The notes below the pieces were generated by a model that made no database searches, was not told the origin of the DNA, and saw only the letters and a list, made by a program, of their open reading frames with translations. Shown one piece after another: positions 11,801 through 26,800 of a DNA stretch of 64,000 nucleotides (position 1 is the first letter of the stretch; every line of letters starts with the position of its first letter). The translations under genes and the position numbers were made by a program. Source of the stretch: Podarcis pityusensis (lineage: Eukaryota); NCBI GenBank assembly GCA_964106645.2, contig OZ067041.1; one strand, 5' to 3'.

Positions 11801-14800
11801 TTGCCAATGACTGTAACTCAGCTCTGAAGAGTTTTTCCTGCTTTTTTTAGTGCGGCTGCTTTAGGGAATGTTTTAATTAACTAGCGTGCTGTCCTTCATT
11901 GAAAATGAATGCTTGCAGCAGTGCTCTGGTAAAACTGACTAGCAAGTGAGTCCATAAATCTCCTGCATGTACTATTTTATTTGAGAAAATTAGTTAATTG
12001 GCCTCCAGTTGTTGTTGTTGTTGTTTTTAAAGCTTGGCAATCTATAATCAATAAAATTAGATAGATCAGACATTACAAAAGCAGTGTCAACAAAATGGAA
12101 GGCAACTGCAGACAATTAAACTACTTAAAGGACAATAGAAAAGAGGGAAAAATAATTTATTTTCTACTAAAATACCAATATTGAAGTGGTCTGGGAGACC
12201 TCTTAAGAAGCTGGTTCGAGAGCCTTGCTGTAAGCCCCATGCATGAGAAGGAGCAAGAATAGTGGTTGTTGCATAGGGCACTGTCCAGAGGGGCAGACAA
12301 AGCAAGGACACATGGAGGACTCTTGGAGGATCAGGCCACCAATAACTGTTAGTCATTATGGCTAAATAGTAATCCTGCTTGTGGGCTTCCCATAGGCCTC
12401 TGGTTGGTCGCTGTGAATGGCAGGCTGAATCTGATAGGCCGTTGGTCTCAACAGGGCTCTTATGTTCGCAAGTTTAATCATGAGATTGACATGCTTCTTG
12501 CAGCCAAAACCTCCGTTGTTGTTTTTTTGACATAATAAATAATGACCTTTCCTGAAATTCTACAAATAAAGTCAGCAGAAAGCCAGCAGTTTAAACGTCA
12601 TGTTTTCCACATACAAGACATAAAACTTAGAAAGCAGACTATTAATATTTAAAACTTGCAGTGTCATGTTGTGCATTTATATTGAACAATAAGTGGGCTA
12701 AAACTAAAAAATATATACTAGTAATATGTAGCATCTGTACGCAACTAACTATGGGGCTAGTGCCAATAACTAGCCCCATATGATGGCTTTATTACTGGGC
12801 GTGTAATACCCAGTTGGATCGCATGCAAAACAGATAATTGCTTTGGAACTAGTTTGATAATCTATGAGAGTTCCTTCAACAAAGTTGAGCATATATACAT
12901 GAGACGGTCAAGTTTCATGTATACTACCAGCAGTGAGCAAGGGAAACAGGGCATGTTGGGGGCAGTAGAATCATAAATGCCCTTGTTCCCTTGAAACCCC
13001 CTTTCCCCCCTAAATAAAATGGAGTCCTAGCTATGCCAGCATTGGCATAATGAAGTGCAGTGTGCTGCATTGTGAGGTGGGAGCAGGGGGAAGTAAAGCC
13101 CCTCCCCCCAAAAAAAGGAAAGGAAAGGAAAGGAAGAAAATTGTAGAGCACCAGCACAGAAGTACAATAAATCAATCAATTAAAAAATTGGAAGCGGTAA
13201 TAAAATAAAGTAAAGGGGTTGTGTTCATGTGAGAGTGTGTATAAGAGTATGCAGGCAGCCCCTAGAGGGTTCACCGAGAGTGAATGCAGACTTTTGGCCA
13301 AAAAGAGTTATCTAATGTGTCCGATTGCAATGTTAGTCTAGTATCTCATTCTGCATCTGGAATAATTATTGGCATATCTGATTCCCCCTTTCATGTGCTG
13401 CTTTTTTCAAAATAATTGAACTACAGATTTTCTAATGCAATTTGCTTCTTTACAGAAAAATAGAAATAGTGCAGTTTGCAAGTCGCACACGGCAGCTGTT
13501 TGTCCGATTGTTAGCCTTGGTAAAGTGGGCAAATAACGCTGGAAAGGTGGAAAAATGTGCGGTAAGTTTGATACTATTCATTAGCTCTCAGCTGAAATTT
13601 ACAGAGGCAAGGGATGGCTTCTGTACTTCACCCAGCTGAGAAAATTGAGAAAATGGGTCATTCATTCATTCAGCCTTTATTGGCATAATTTAGACAATAA
13701 GATCATAAAAGCGGAGGAGGAACCATCCATAAAGCATTGAGGGAATAGTTACTGACATTCCACATGTTCAAATATAGTGGTCATAAATTTCAAAATTATT
13801 TTTAGTAAAAAAGTTATGATTTCATTTTTTTTAAGATGCAGTGAATGATTGTCTCTTGGAAAACTTGCCTACAGCTGGGTGGACTAGAAACATCTGAAAA
13901 ATAGCCTGTTCGTGGTTTTATTCCTGATCTTTGATATAGCAAAATCTTCTGTTTTCAGAATGTAGTTCTGCAGTTAGTTACAAACTAATGTAGAATAACA
14001 AATGACAGCTAAACAAAATTCTGTATCATGATGTAGTTTTATATTAAATGTTGACATGCCCCCATTATTGGGAAATGTTTCAATATGGTGCATGTAATAC
14101 TAGTGGCATCATATTTGCAGAAATTGTTCCTGTCCAAGATCCTTCCTTAATTTTATGTACCTTTAAGGTGTTACTGTAACAATAAAGAGAAATAAGTCAT
14201 TTAAAGTGAATACATGCTCCTAAGTGATGTTCGGAGCTTTGCCATGATTTCTTAGGCTTTTCTAGTTTTAGGTTAGCAGTTTATATATTGTGCAAAGATT
14301 TTGGCCTGGTCAGGCTTTTCTTCCTGACCTCAGCTTCTCTCTAGCCTTCTGCCTGGTTTCATACTCTGCCCCCACCCCTATTTCTTCTCCCAACACCTTG
14401 CCCAGCTGAGCTGTCACTGGCTCTTAGTAATCAGAAAGCACTTCATGTAGGTAAACTGAATTTTTGCCAGTAGTTAGTCTGTTTCCTTTGGACACAGGTT
14501 AGGGTGGTCCCAGTGTTACATTTCTTGTCATTCTGACTGTCTTGAACAGTGGGCTTGTTATCTTTCCCACTTTATGACACTGCTGTATGTATTTCTTGGA
14601 TAAATCAGTCTACAGTGGTACCTTCGATTGCGCATAGGATCCGTTCTGGAGCTCCGGTTGGATCCCGAGGAATTTGCAACTGGAGGTGCCGCTTCTGCGC
14701 ATACGTGCAGTGCGGTAGAGCACTTCTGCGCTTGGCGCGTAGAGCGCTTTTGCGTGTGCGCCTGCAACGAAACTCTAAAAAATACTTCCGGCTTTGGCAC

Positions 14801-17800
14801 GTTCACATCCTGAAGGATACGCACCAGAGGTGTGCGTATCCACAGGTACCACTGTATATGTATAAGGGTGTTCTTTAGGCCATATAACAAGAGCACCACA
14901 CACACGCTCATTTATTGGTATGTGTTCTTTTTTCCTTTTTGGTCTTCTCTTCCCTTGGTTTTCTTTTAGGGCTACTTCCAGAGCTATAATTTCCAAATTG
15001 CCTCTTAAAGGCATGCTCTTGTCCTCCTGGCAGCCTTAGGTCTTTGAAAGGGTCTATAGTATGATAATATATTTTTGAAAAGTTTACTTTACCTTTTATT
15101 ATTTATTTATTATATTTGTTTACTGCCCTTCATCTGAAGATCACAGGGCAGTTTACATCACAATTTATTTCACAGATCAGCTGCAATGTTTATTCCACCA
15201 AAGACTTTGACATTTTGAACAGGAGGTATATAGTTGGCTTTTGTGGAGGAGTTTAGATGTGGGTAAATAATTTTAAATTAATTTATATTTATATTATATT
15301 ATATATATTACAGATGATATCAAGTTTTCTTGATCAACAAGCTATTCTGTTCGTGGACACTGCTGATCGTTTAGCATCACTAGCCAGAGATGCTTTGGTC
15401 CATGCTCGTCTGCCCAGCTTTGCTATTCCATATGCTATTGATGTACTGACAACTGGGTCATATCCACGGCTGCCAACATGTATACGGGTAAATTGCTGTA
15501 TAATGTAAAAACAACAAAAGACTTAGACCTCTGTCCCAGTTTGCTTTCAGCAGGAGCTTTTTCCTCGCAGCCTTGTTGCATTGGATAAAAGGCTTATGTC
15601 TGAGATAACTGATGCCAAATACTTCTCATTGGCCTAAGACACCTTAGTTGGCTGAATCATCACCAAATAAGATTTTTTTAATCACTGGTGTATTTAAAAA
15701 AAAACTTTTTATTTTGAAGATTTTAGAGTCATGATTAAAAAATATGGCCCTTGCCCTACTGCTCACTGTTTAAAGGCTAAAATTAGCAGGTTTCTTTGGT
15801 ACAGATAGATATATTTAAGACATTGTTTGTTTGTTTGTTTGTTTGTTTGTTTGTTTGGCTTATCCCTGTAAACAGGGCTTGGTTCCAAGTAAATAAGCAA
15901 GGGCCACCAGGTTTCCATGATGTGGTTTATTTCATGTTTCCTTTTCTGGGTTTTGATTTGCTGTGTTAACTTACCCATTATGAGAACCCTACACCCATTA
16001 TGAGAGCCTTCTTTCCCCCTCTATCTAGTCCTTTTCTGTCAAAGGCTCAAGTCATTTCCACTATTGTTTATTTTAACAACAGCAAAGGCCAAACTATCTT
16101 GTGTGTTGCACTGTGAAGGCCACAAAATTTGTACCTTCACTTATAAAAGCGGATGATATTTTGTGAGACTCAACTTTTAAAAGAAAAAAGTAAAAAAATA
16201 ATAATCCATGAAACCGTAGTAAGTCCTTTGCATGAGCCCAGGCCGTTGTGGATCTATAACATGGATGATGAGGTTTGTCCTTGCAGTTTATTCATGTTTA
16301 CAAAATGGTTAAATGAATTCGGGATAACTTAAATTAGTATGTAAAAATGCACATTTGTAACTTTACAGGACAAAATAATTCCTCCTGATCCAATAACAAA
16401 AGTTGAGAAACAAACAACGCTCCATCAGTTAAACCAGATTCTTCGCCACCGACTGGTGACAACAGATCTTCCTCCACAGCTGGCAAATCTTACAGTTGGT
16501 AAGCCATTGCACTGATCCCTTCACTCCTTTAGTTCATAGAATCATAGAATTTTAGAGTTGGAAGGGACCCAAGGGTCATCTAGTCCAACCCCCTACAATG
16601 CAGGAATCTCAGCTAAAGGATCCATGACAGATGGATTACTCTCAGCTAATTAAAATGTGTAATAAAGATTTATTGAGAGTAACTTAAAAGGAATGTCTGA
16701 AACTCAAAACTACCAGAAAGAGGAGTCATTATTGCTAGAGGAAAGGGAATCTTTTCCATATCCCCCCCTTGTTGTTTTTTAAAACAAACAAACTGGAGTT
16801 TTATTTTGCTTATGCTTTGTTTCGCACTATGTATGGTTTCTGTTTCTAGCTAATGGTCGTGTGAAGTTTCGTGTTGAGGGTGAATTTGAGGCTACTTTGA
16901 CAGTGATGGGAGATGATCCTGATGTCCCATGGCGTCTTCTCAAACTGGAAATTCTGGTTGAAGATAAAGAGACTGGAGGTAATGCCCATAGACATTATGA
17001 TAGATCTAATGCTTATGACTTGGGGCACTCATCTAAACTGATACACTCCATTAACCTCTTCTATTAAAGTAAATTGAGCTGTTTTCAACCATGCCATCTT
17101 AAATGTTGATGGTGTCTGCTCTTCAGCATGTTACTCTGTATCCCCAGCTGCGTGTTCTCAAAGGGAACATTGCATCAGAAGCCACTCTCCAAGCATTAAT
17201 ACTTTATACTTTCCACTATTGTTTGAGGCTTTTAATAAACCTTTTAAGTAGTGTTACATCATCTTAAAGATTCATAAAAAACACAAAAGATTCATTTTCT
17301 TTTCTTTTAATGGAAGATGGTCGAGCTTTAGTTCACAGTATGCAGATCAGCTTCATCCATCAGTTGGTCCAGTCCCGGCTCTTTGCTGATGAGAAACCTC
17401 TGCAGGACATGTACAACTGCCTACGTATCCTTTTCAATGACTTTTTGTGAACCCATAGAACTAGCTCCCAATCTGAGATGTGAAATGCAGGGTAAGTATA
17501 TTTTTAGATGGTAAGGATTGTTTGGGTAGTTGACTCAGTAGATTGTAGATATACTTATGTGTTGGAAAAACACCCTGGGGGTGCCTGCAAGCCCCCGGAA
17601 CTCTGAACATCCTCCGTTATGCGCAGCTCTCAAAAAGGCATCTCCCTTCTCTTCCAGTGTGCTTCTAGCAACATACATCATAATGATATATGCACACTAA
17701 GCTTCTGGCATAACACAGCAAGAAGCGTTAGACATAGGAGCTCATCTACTATTTATTTACACACTATGTACAGACAAAAGCATAATGGCTTCTGTTCTCT

Positions 17801-20800
17801 CCAGCTCCAAGAGAACAAAACAGAAAAAAATGAAAGCGAAAGTACAGTGTAATAGTACCCGCAGCGGAAGAGATAAGACTTGTCTTCCTTTCCCAGACTC
17901 ATCCAAGACAGGCATGTGATTTACAACAATCTCATCTGCAACATCGGAGGAGTGAAATTGCTAACATGAAGCTGCACCTGTTCCTTAGACCCTGATCTGC
18001 TACTGCTTGTTAGTCTCTTTCTCCCTCTTTTTCCTCACACAGAAGGATCTGGAACACCTTCAGTTAGAGCAGGGCCATAAATGAGTTACAAAACACAATG
18101 ACAGCTGCACATGTTGGTAGTATTCCTATTGCATTTCAAAGTATTCTTTCGTAAAGGATTTTTAAAAACCCTTTTCTTTTGATGAAGATGACTTTGCATG
18201 ATTTTTCCTCCCAAGCAGTTTTTATTAAGGAATATGATTTCTTCCACTTCATTGGGAAGAATTGTTTGAAGTGCCTTTGGAATCATACCAATTTGTGCTG
18301 CCTGGTTTTGCTGTCCTTTTCTATGTAGCAGATTCTGTGTTTTTTGGATCTAAACCCAATCAAAATGCTTTTTCTTCACCTGGGTGCTAGAATCCTTCTA
18401 TCTGCCAATGTTGAGAACACTGATGGTGCCTTTTGACTTGATAGTGGGAAAGGGAAGCAAACATTAGTCCGTTTCTTTCCTTAGTCCTGGGGAACAGGGG
18501 AAGTAGGGTGGAAGGGAAGAGTGAGCACTATCCTTTCTCCCGGCTCGAACTTTGAGATTTTGGTTGTATTCTGTACTAAATACAAGAGATTATTACTTGG
18601 TGTTCCTGGTAACCTGAGTAGCTATTGAGCTGGGGTAGGGAGGTTGGCATTGGGTGTCCTCAGTATGGTGTAATGATCACTGTAAGCTTAAAGGTAAAGG
18701 GACCCCTGACCATTAGGTCCAGTCGTGGATGACTCTGGGGTTGTGGCGCTCATCTCGCTCTATAGGTCGAGGGAGCTGGCGTTTGTCCGCAGACAGCTTC
18801 CAGGTCATGTGGCCAGCATGCCAAAGTCGCTTTTGGTGAACCAGAGCAGCGCACAGAAACGCCGTTTACTTTCCCACCGGAGCGGTACCTATTTATCTAC
18901 TTGCACTTTGATGTGCTTTTGAACTGCTAGGTTGGCAGGAGCAGGGACTGAGCAACAGGAGCTCATCCCATCATGGGAATTCGAACTGCCGACCTTCTGA
19001 TCGGCAAGCCCTAGGCTCTGTGGTTTAACCCACAGTGCCACCTGCGCTTATTAACAACATAAAAGGCTAGGCTAGGGAGAAATCTTCCACTTATGGAAAC
19101 CACATGTGCCAAACACAGTTGGGAAAGCATACATATAACTGTCACATGAATAATGTGTTAATACTTTTTAGATATGTTTGGGAGGTAAAGTAAGTAATTT
19201 GGAAAAGAAGGCCTAGATTGAACACATTTATTCTAAGTATAGCATCTCATCTTAATATGTAAGTTGCTTGGTGTGGATGGAACATACATATTACAGAATG
19301 ACAGCATTTTGTCATTGAACCCAAGACACCATACATATAGTTCCCAAGTAATCACTATCCAGGCACTAACCAGAGCTGCTTAGCTTTAGCATGCTGGTGG
19401 CCTACAGACCTAAACCCTTGGATATTCTACAGTAGATCCTGTTTGATTATATGGGGGGGGGGGAGGGCTTGGAGGGAGAGAGATTCCACACAAGAAACCG
19501 TTCCCTGGTGTGACTGTCAAGAATTGCTTTAAAATCTGCTTAACAAGACCAGTGTTGACTTACCATGTATATGAGTGTGTACAAAGGCCAGCAAGTCTTT
19601 GGTTTAGTGTAAGTTGAGAACTATCAAAAGTTCCTCCAATATTTTACTGCATTTACTTAACCTGAATTCTTTAGACTCCTTCTGCTTGTCACTGCAGTTG
19701 GAAGTTTTGCATTCACAGACTTTAATGCTGGTTCGAGAACGCTGGGGTGATCTTGTGCAAGTGGAGAGATACCATGCGGGCAAATGCCTCTCTCTTTCTG
19801 TCTGGAAGTAAGTGAAAAAATTCATGAGATCTGTAAATGTTCGATTGAAATATTAAATTTCAAGTAAAGCTTGGAAACTTCTATACAGTACTAGCATATT
19901 TAGATGCCATATAATATTAATTGCCTTTTACTGAAGCATAGGAATTGCTGATCTTTTGGGTTTAGAGGGGTTATATTAGTGTCAGACAAATAATGCATAA
20001 TTGGTTTTTGGAATATAGACATTTATGATGATCATTTCTGGCCTTTGATAAGGCTATCGGTCCAATAATGTTATTAATTATCATAACATATGTTGCAGCC
20101 AAAATATTTGCAGTTAAGATTAACGTCTTGTTTATATTTAATGGTACCTTAAAACAACGTGTTTAGGCAGTTTTTTGCATGCTCACTCAGTCAAGTTTTG
20201 CTTTATAGAGAAAGCCGTCGCAGTATTTCAAGCACTATCCATCTGAAACACATAGTCAAAACAGTAAATATTCCCAGGATGTATTCCAAATTAAATAAAA
20301 AAAATTGCACAAGGATGAAACACAGATAAAACATAGCATTAACGTAGTCTCAACAAAAGTTAAGAGGCATGGGAAAATAATAAGGGGTTGTGCTGGAAGT
20401 CAGAGTTGGCATCAGCTGAGCCTCCCCAAATAACATTTTCAGGTGCAGCAGAAGAAAGAAGTAGACAATGGTGATTGTCTAGATTGAGATGGCATCTTAA
20501 TTTAGGCTTTATATTGGATCCCACATGAAAAACAAAGCTTTCAAGAATTTGAAGCAGCAAATTGTAGTGATTCATAGGCTGCTATAGGTGATGGTTGTGT
20601 ATCTGTGAGAGGAGTTTGATAGTGGTTCTTTAGAGACTTGATACAGGAATAGGGCGCTAAACTTCTTGGCACAACACAATTGTATGGTATTGTTTCATGG
20701 TATGAAACTGTAAATATTATTCATGTGTTTCAGTATTCTACAGAGGGAGTTTTTTGGCTTCTTTATCAGCTAACACAACATTTCTGTATTAAGCCAACAG

Positions 20801-23800
20801 GTAGTTGGGAGAAAAACAGGGACTGCATCTCTTCATAAGGTCACCATTAAGATAGATGAGAATGATGTATCAAAACCTTTGCAAATTTCCCATGAACCTC
20901 CCCTTCCAGCCTGTGATTCCAAACTAATTGAAAGGGCTATGAAGGTAAATATTGCCAGGTGAAGTTGGCATATAATTTTAATCGATCATTGTTTTTAAAA
21001 TAAATCTCTCTTAAGCAATGTATTGTGTTTGGGTTATATCCCAGTCATTTGATGTCATAATGATATGTGATTGACAGGTGGGTGGGTCATCCACCTGTCA
21101 AAAATTGGCCCCCAGCCCCATTTCTGACTTGGGTCCATCCCATGGAGTCCAAACAGTGCTTAAACCTTCCTTTTACAATCTTGCCGCCACCTCCTAAGTG
21201 ACTGAAACCCAAAAGGTATGTTGGGTGGGAGGCATATGTTACAAATCAATTGTCTGAATCCAGGAAGGCTAACTTGAGACAAAGGCCAGAGTACCTTTCT
21301 TCTTTAAAAAAAACCAAAAAAAAAAACCACCCATCTACCGCAAGTTAGATGAGCTTTGGGCCATTGCTGTGAGCAGCGAAGACTGTGGACTCTCTGAGGG
21401 GATCACAGAGAGGAGCAGGAGGAGGGGTTTGCATGCAAATTGCCACTTGGCTGGACTGCACATGAATCAACTCTGCACTTTCCCCATCTCAGCTCATTTT
21501 TTTCAAAACCTGATTGCAGTAAAGATTACAGTCGTTTGGTAAGCCTGTGGGTAGTTAAGTAAATTATAAATAGCTGATCAGTTTTGAAGAGCCTTATTAC
21601 TTTGATCTTTGTCGTGTTGGAAACTGGGGGATGGCAGGCTAGGGTTCCAAATCACAAAGTTCATTTCCTGTTTGGAGTTTCAGAAAAGGACTCTAGTTGT
21701 CTGTGATGGAAAGGCATTGTTGCTTCACTAACCAGGCTGCAGAGATACTTCCTTCATGTGGTCTTGTTGTATAGAAATCAACATGCTGGATTTAAGAAGA
21801 ACTTTCTAAAGTCTAACCCTTTTTAAAGTTCTTCTTAAATCCAACATGCTGCTGATTTTTGTGAAACAAGGCCAGTATGGGAAGTTTGCCTGAGCAGCTC
21901 AAAACACATAGTTTTTAACTGTGAACCTTTTTAGAGTACATATAAAATACAGAATAACTGCTTTTTCTTTCTTTTTTTATATAGATAGACCACCTATCAG
22001 TAGAGAAGCTTCTGATAGACAGTGTCCACGCAAGAGCTCATCAGAAACTCCAGGAATTGAAAGCCATTCTTAAGAATTATAATGTCAATGACAATTGTAA
22101 GTGATGGTATCTGAACTACATTGAATTGGGTGGGGGAGGGAGGGGATGTTGTTCTACATTTTTATGTGCCCTTTATTAACTTTCTTCAAAACCAGAAATT
22201 CCTCTGCTAGCCTGCCTCTGCCTAACCTAACCAAAGTTGTTTAATGCACTTTGAACTGAATGCTTCCTTTGGTCCTTCATTGCCTTGAGCATCCCCTAGG
22301 AGAGTGACAAAACCTGAGAAAGAAATGAATGGCAAACATTTTCTTATTTCTGTGAGGCAACTATAATGATATGTATAACTAGTGCTTTCCTTTGGAATTG
22401 ATTTTGGCGCTTTTTAAGCTCTACTTAAATGATCAGTGAGGATGGGGTTTGGAAATTTTCGTATTTCATTTGACTTGCATTTTAGCTTCTTAAACACAAC
22501 TTGCCTGTGCCTGATATTGAAAAACTCTTCCTGTCTCATTGTCTGCCCTGTTCAGAAGGGTTCTTGACCTTCATGAAAGGTTTTTCAGGGGGCTTGGGTA
22601 GGTATAGGTAAGAGGGGGTGAGAAAGTCTTTTTCAACCAACTGTCTTCCATGAATGCTTTTTTAGATTGCAGGTCATAGGAGACACATGGGGGGGATTCC
22701 CCTTCATACTTTGATATAGCAAACTCTCTCCTTCCAATCCCTCACCCAGGTCCTGAAATCTCAAAATGAGAGCTGCATAATTGTGATTTTGGGGTTGGTG
22801 GGAATGGGTGTATGGTGCCTTATATGGGAAAAAGCAGCTGGCTTTAGTATACAGATTGTTATCTTTGAAATTTATTAATTAGTGTACATTCAAGTTAGTG
22901 AACAAGGGTATTATATATCCAAACAAGCTGCCAAGGAAAAGGGCAAAGTTAGCAAGAATAGCATACCTTTAAACAAATGGTCATTTTTTTGTGCTCACCA
23001 TAATCTTAATTGAATAAAATAGCTTTGATTCAAAAGTACTTTATTTATGATGGGGCTGTGAAGGCTTTTTTAGTTTCGTTTTATTACTCTGAAGTCTCTA
23101 CATTGCTTAATCAAGTAAAACTTTGTACCTTGATTTATGAATTCTTGATTCTTTAATTTTAGCTTTTATAGAAACGGCTCTCCCCACACTTGTCATCCCT
23201 ATTCTGGAGCCATGTGGTCGATCCGAATGTCTACACATTTTTGTAGACCTTCATTCTGGAATGTTTCAACTAATGCTTTATGGGATTGGTATGTAAATAA
23301 AACTTTCAGGTGCTTCCTTCTAATACCTTCCTTAGTAGAATTCAACACTCTATTTTTGGCCTTGATGCAAAAAATGAAAATTGAATCTTCTGGTTGGCTG
23401 GCTGGTTGGTAAGGATGCAGGAGTAGAGGTGAATATAGATTAGCATTGTATTCAGTGAATTAACATGCAGCTTACTTAAAGCACAGTGCAGTGTGATGTT
23501 TTAAGCTGCCCAACAAAGGAAGTAGTTATGGCTAGCAGCTTAACTGAAGCTGAAAAGAGTATGGTGAATTTGTAGAATGTATTTTGCAAGTGACCTGATT
23601 TCAATGAGCTGAGAAATGCATAAGCCTTTTGCTCCTTCCTTCATCGCACAGTTTGATAAGCCACAAAGTCCCTAATTAACTGTAGTTTACTGCTTCAGGT
23701 GCAAAACAAAACTTACTTGGTTACAAGCTTTGGGACAAGATCCTGGCTTGCTCTGAAGCTTTTAATCATGGTTTCCTGGTTAGGACAAAACGGGAAACTG

Positions 23801-26800
23801 TGGTTCACTAGGAATGTCCTGGCTTAAAGAGGACTGCAAAGGGACTATGTGCATTAACGAAAAGGTTATTTGTATCTTGGCTTAGTAAGGTGAGACACAA
23901 CTGCCTGAATGGGGCCTGTGTGAGTGTGTGCGCGTGTGTGTGCTGAAATTGCATGTTGAATTGTCTTTTATGGCACTTCTTGCAGAGGGTGGTTTGATTT
24001 TTAAAGCACCATAAACCTATGCGTGTGCTTTGACTTACAACTCTGGATTTCATTGTTCTGGATAAATGCAGAAAATGCCACATTTGAGTAGTAACTAATC
24101 CTGTTTCCCTGCAGACCAGCAAACGCTGGATGACATAGAGAAATCGGTCAATGATGACATGAAACGCATCATTACGTGGCTCCAGCAGCTCAAGTGAGTA
24201 ATATGTAGCTATTCCTGTTGGTGCTATGCCTATTCTTTGCCTCCAGAACTGTGAAAATAACACTCACTTCCAGAAACTATTTTTGAAAACTAAACTTCTT
24301 CCCCTTCCCTTACTCAGGGTAAGATATTTATGTAGAAGGTTGTTGTCCTTTAAACTCTATGCCAGTTTCCCTTCTTTTTATTGTTAATTGCAAAATACAT
24401 TGTTGCAAACTTGCTGATCTTACAAGAAACTGGTAAACCATTCAGTGTGATTATACTCTAATTATAGTCCCCTCGACTCCACTGACTTTACTGACTTCAC
24501 ATGCCTTTACTGCGACTTTATCTCCCTTCCCATCTCCCTTCCCCTCAAATCAGTCTGCCTTCTTGCTCTGAGTAGCAAGAAGGCAGACTGATTAGTAGCT
24601 AGTTAGTAGCTAATAATAATAATAAAATTTATAATTTATTTATACCCCACCCATCTGGTTGAGTTTCCCCAGCCACTGGGCAGCTTCCAACAAAAGATTA
24701 AAAATACATTTAAACATCAGTCATTAAAAACTTCCCATTAAAAAGTTTGGTCAAGGGGGCAAATAAAATCACTTTGTAAGCTGTGTATCACTAAGCTCTT
24801 TAGAATTTTTCAAGAGTGCCAACAAATGTGTGGTGAAGGGGTAATCTAGTAGACATTGTCAAAAGCTTTTTGAAAATCTAAATAAAGTCCCTCACAAGAG
24901 GCTCCTGAGAGAATTTAGTCATGAGATAATAGGACTGGTCCTCTTAACAGGAAGCAGCAAGTAAGAATAAATGGGCAGTTCTTGTGGTAGAGGGGTGTAA
25001 GATATGGGGCACTCCAAAGTTCTGTATTGGGACTTTGGCTTTTTAACTTGTTCGTAAGTGTTGGATGAGATGGTCAAGATAACATTAACATCACCAAAAT
25101 GGGGGGGGGGGGATGGGTAAAAAAGGTCAAATATGATTTACTGTGAAGTGATGTACACACTAAAGCAAAAGACTAATTTGTATTTGCTACCACAGAATGT
25201 GGCAATGAGCCACCAACTTGGGCTTTGAAAGAGAAATAGGTAAATTCGTAGAGGTTAAGGCTGTCAATGATTATTAGTCATGATGGGTATATACTTCCTC
25301 CAGGGATGCCTCTGAATATCGGTCGCTGGGGAACAGCAGCTGGAGAGAACAGCAGTTCTCAAGTTCTGCTTGTGGCCTTCACAGAGGCATCTGGTTAGCC
25401 ATTGGTTGGGAAACAGGAAGCTGCGTTAGATAAAACTTTAGATCTGGTCCAGTAAGGTTCTTACAGACTTATGAACCTGGTTGCCATTTTGGCAAAGCTG
25501 TTAAAATTTAAAATATTGCAGCGATGTGGCTTTGAAAGTGGAAGGCTCTCTAAAAATGTCCTTATTTACTTCCAGTAACTTTATTTACAGATACAACAGA
25601 GCAAAAGAACAGTGTTCATGCTAGAATCCCTTGTTTAAAATCTTTAGGTTTGTTTGTGAACATATTAGTTAATAATTTTATTACCGACTGGTGCCCACAG
25701 TTGATAAATAACTCATTTACTATGTGATATTTTATACCAAGGAGAGAAGCAATTGGACATTTAAAAGCAAAAACAAAAGCAGATTGCAAGCTACTTTTGG
25801 TAGGCACTAACTTATCCCTACTATATATTAAGTACCATATAAATTATCCCAAATAAGAATTGTATTTGTGTAACTTGCAAGTCCCCAAATGTGACAGTCT
25901 TATATACAAGCAAAATCTCATAAGACTTGCTAATGTTGGGTTTGTGTTGTGAATACACATGTAAAAGCCTCCATTCCTATAGTTATGAGTCAGTAAACAT
26001 GGGTTTTCTACCATATGTACAGTTACCAGGCAGCTGCAACTGATCTTATGCAAATGTCAAGTGTGTGTGTATAAGGTACATAAACATGTCTGCCATCTTC
26101 ACATCTTCCTTTTGAAGTACACATGTAAAGTATTTTAGATGTGCACCCAAAAACCCCAGAATTTGTATAGTAGCCCTGTGAGAACAACTTTTTTTTTAAT
26201 GCAAGTCCTGTTCTGTTCTGCATGATTGCAAAGAGGTCAAAAGCAGTCTAGAAGGCAAATTAGCAATGCTACACTCTATCTAATGCAGAAGTGCCAATGT
26301 TTTTGTATGTTCTTTTTTTTCAATTAAGGTTTTGGCTTGGACAGCAGCGTTGCAAACAATCAATAAAACATTTGCCTACAGTCAGCAGCGAAACACTGCA
26401 GCTAGCTAATTACGCTATGCACCCTGTGGGAAATCTCTCCAATCACAAACTCTTCATCAAGCTCACCCGACTTCCACAGTACTACATTGTAAGTGAATGT
26501 GGAATCTTCTTATGAACTGGACCCTTAGAATGAAGGAAGCAAAATGTAATAGGCTAAGCTGTGACTACTGCTTTGATTTTTACCACTTTGAATTGCCTGA
26601 ACATTGCAAACTAGCAGTTGGGAATTTAATTTAACACTGGCAATGGCAAATGTCTATATTTTAATTGGGGGACACTGTTTTTGACAAAATTACGTATTGC
26701 ACATATTGTTGAGTCCAGCAATGTAGTAAGGAAGTACACAAATTTTAAAATGAAACTTTCTTTTATAAAAATGCTTCATGCGAAATAAAAAAGGTGAAAG

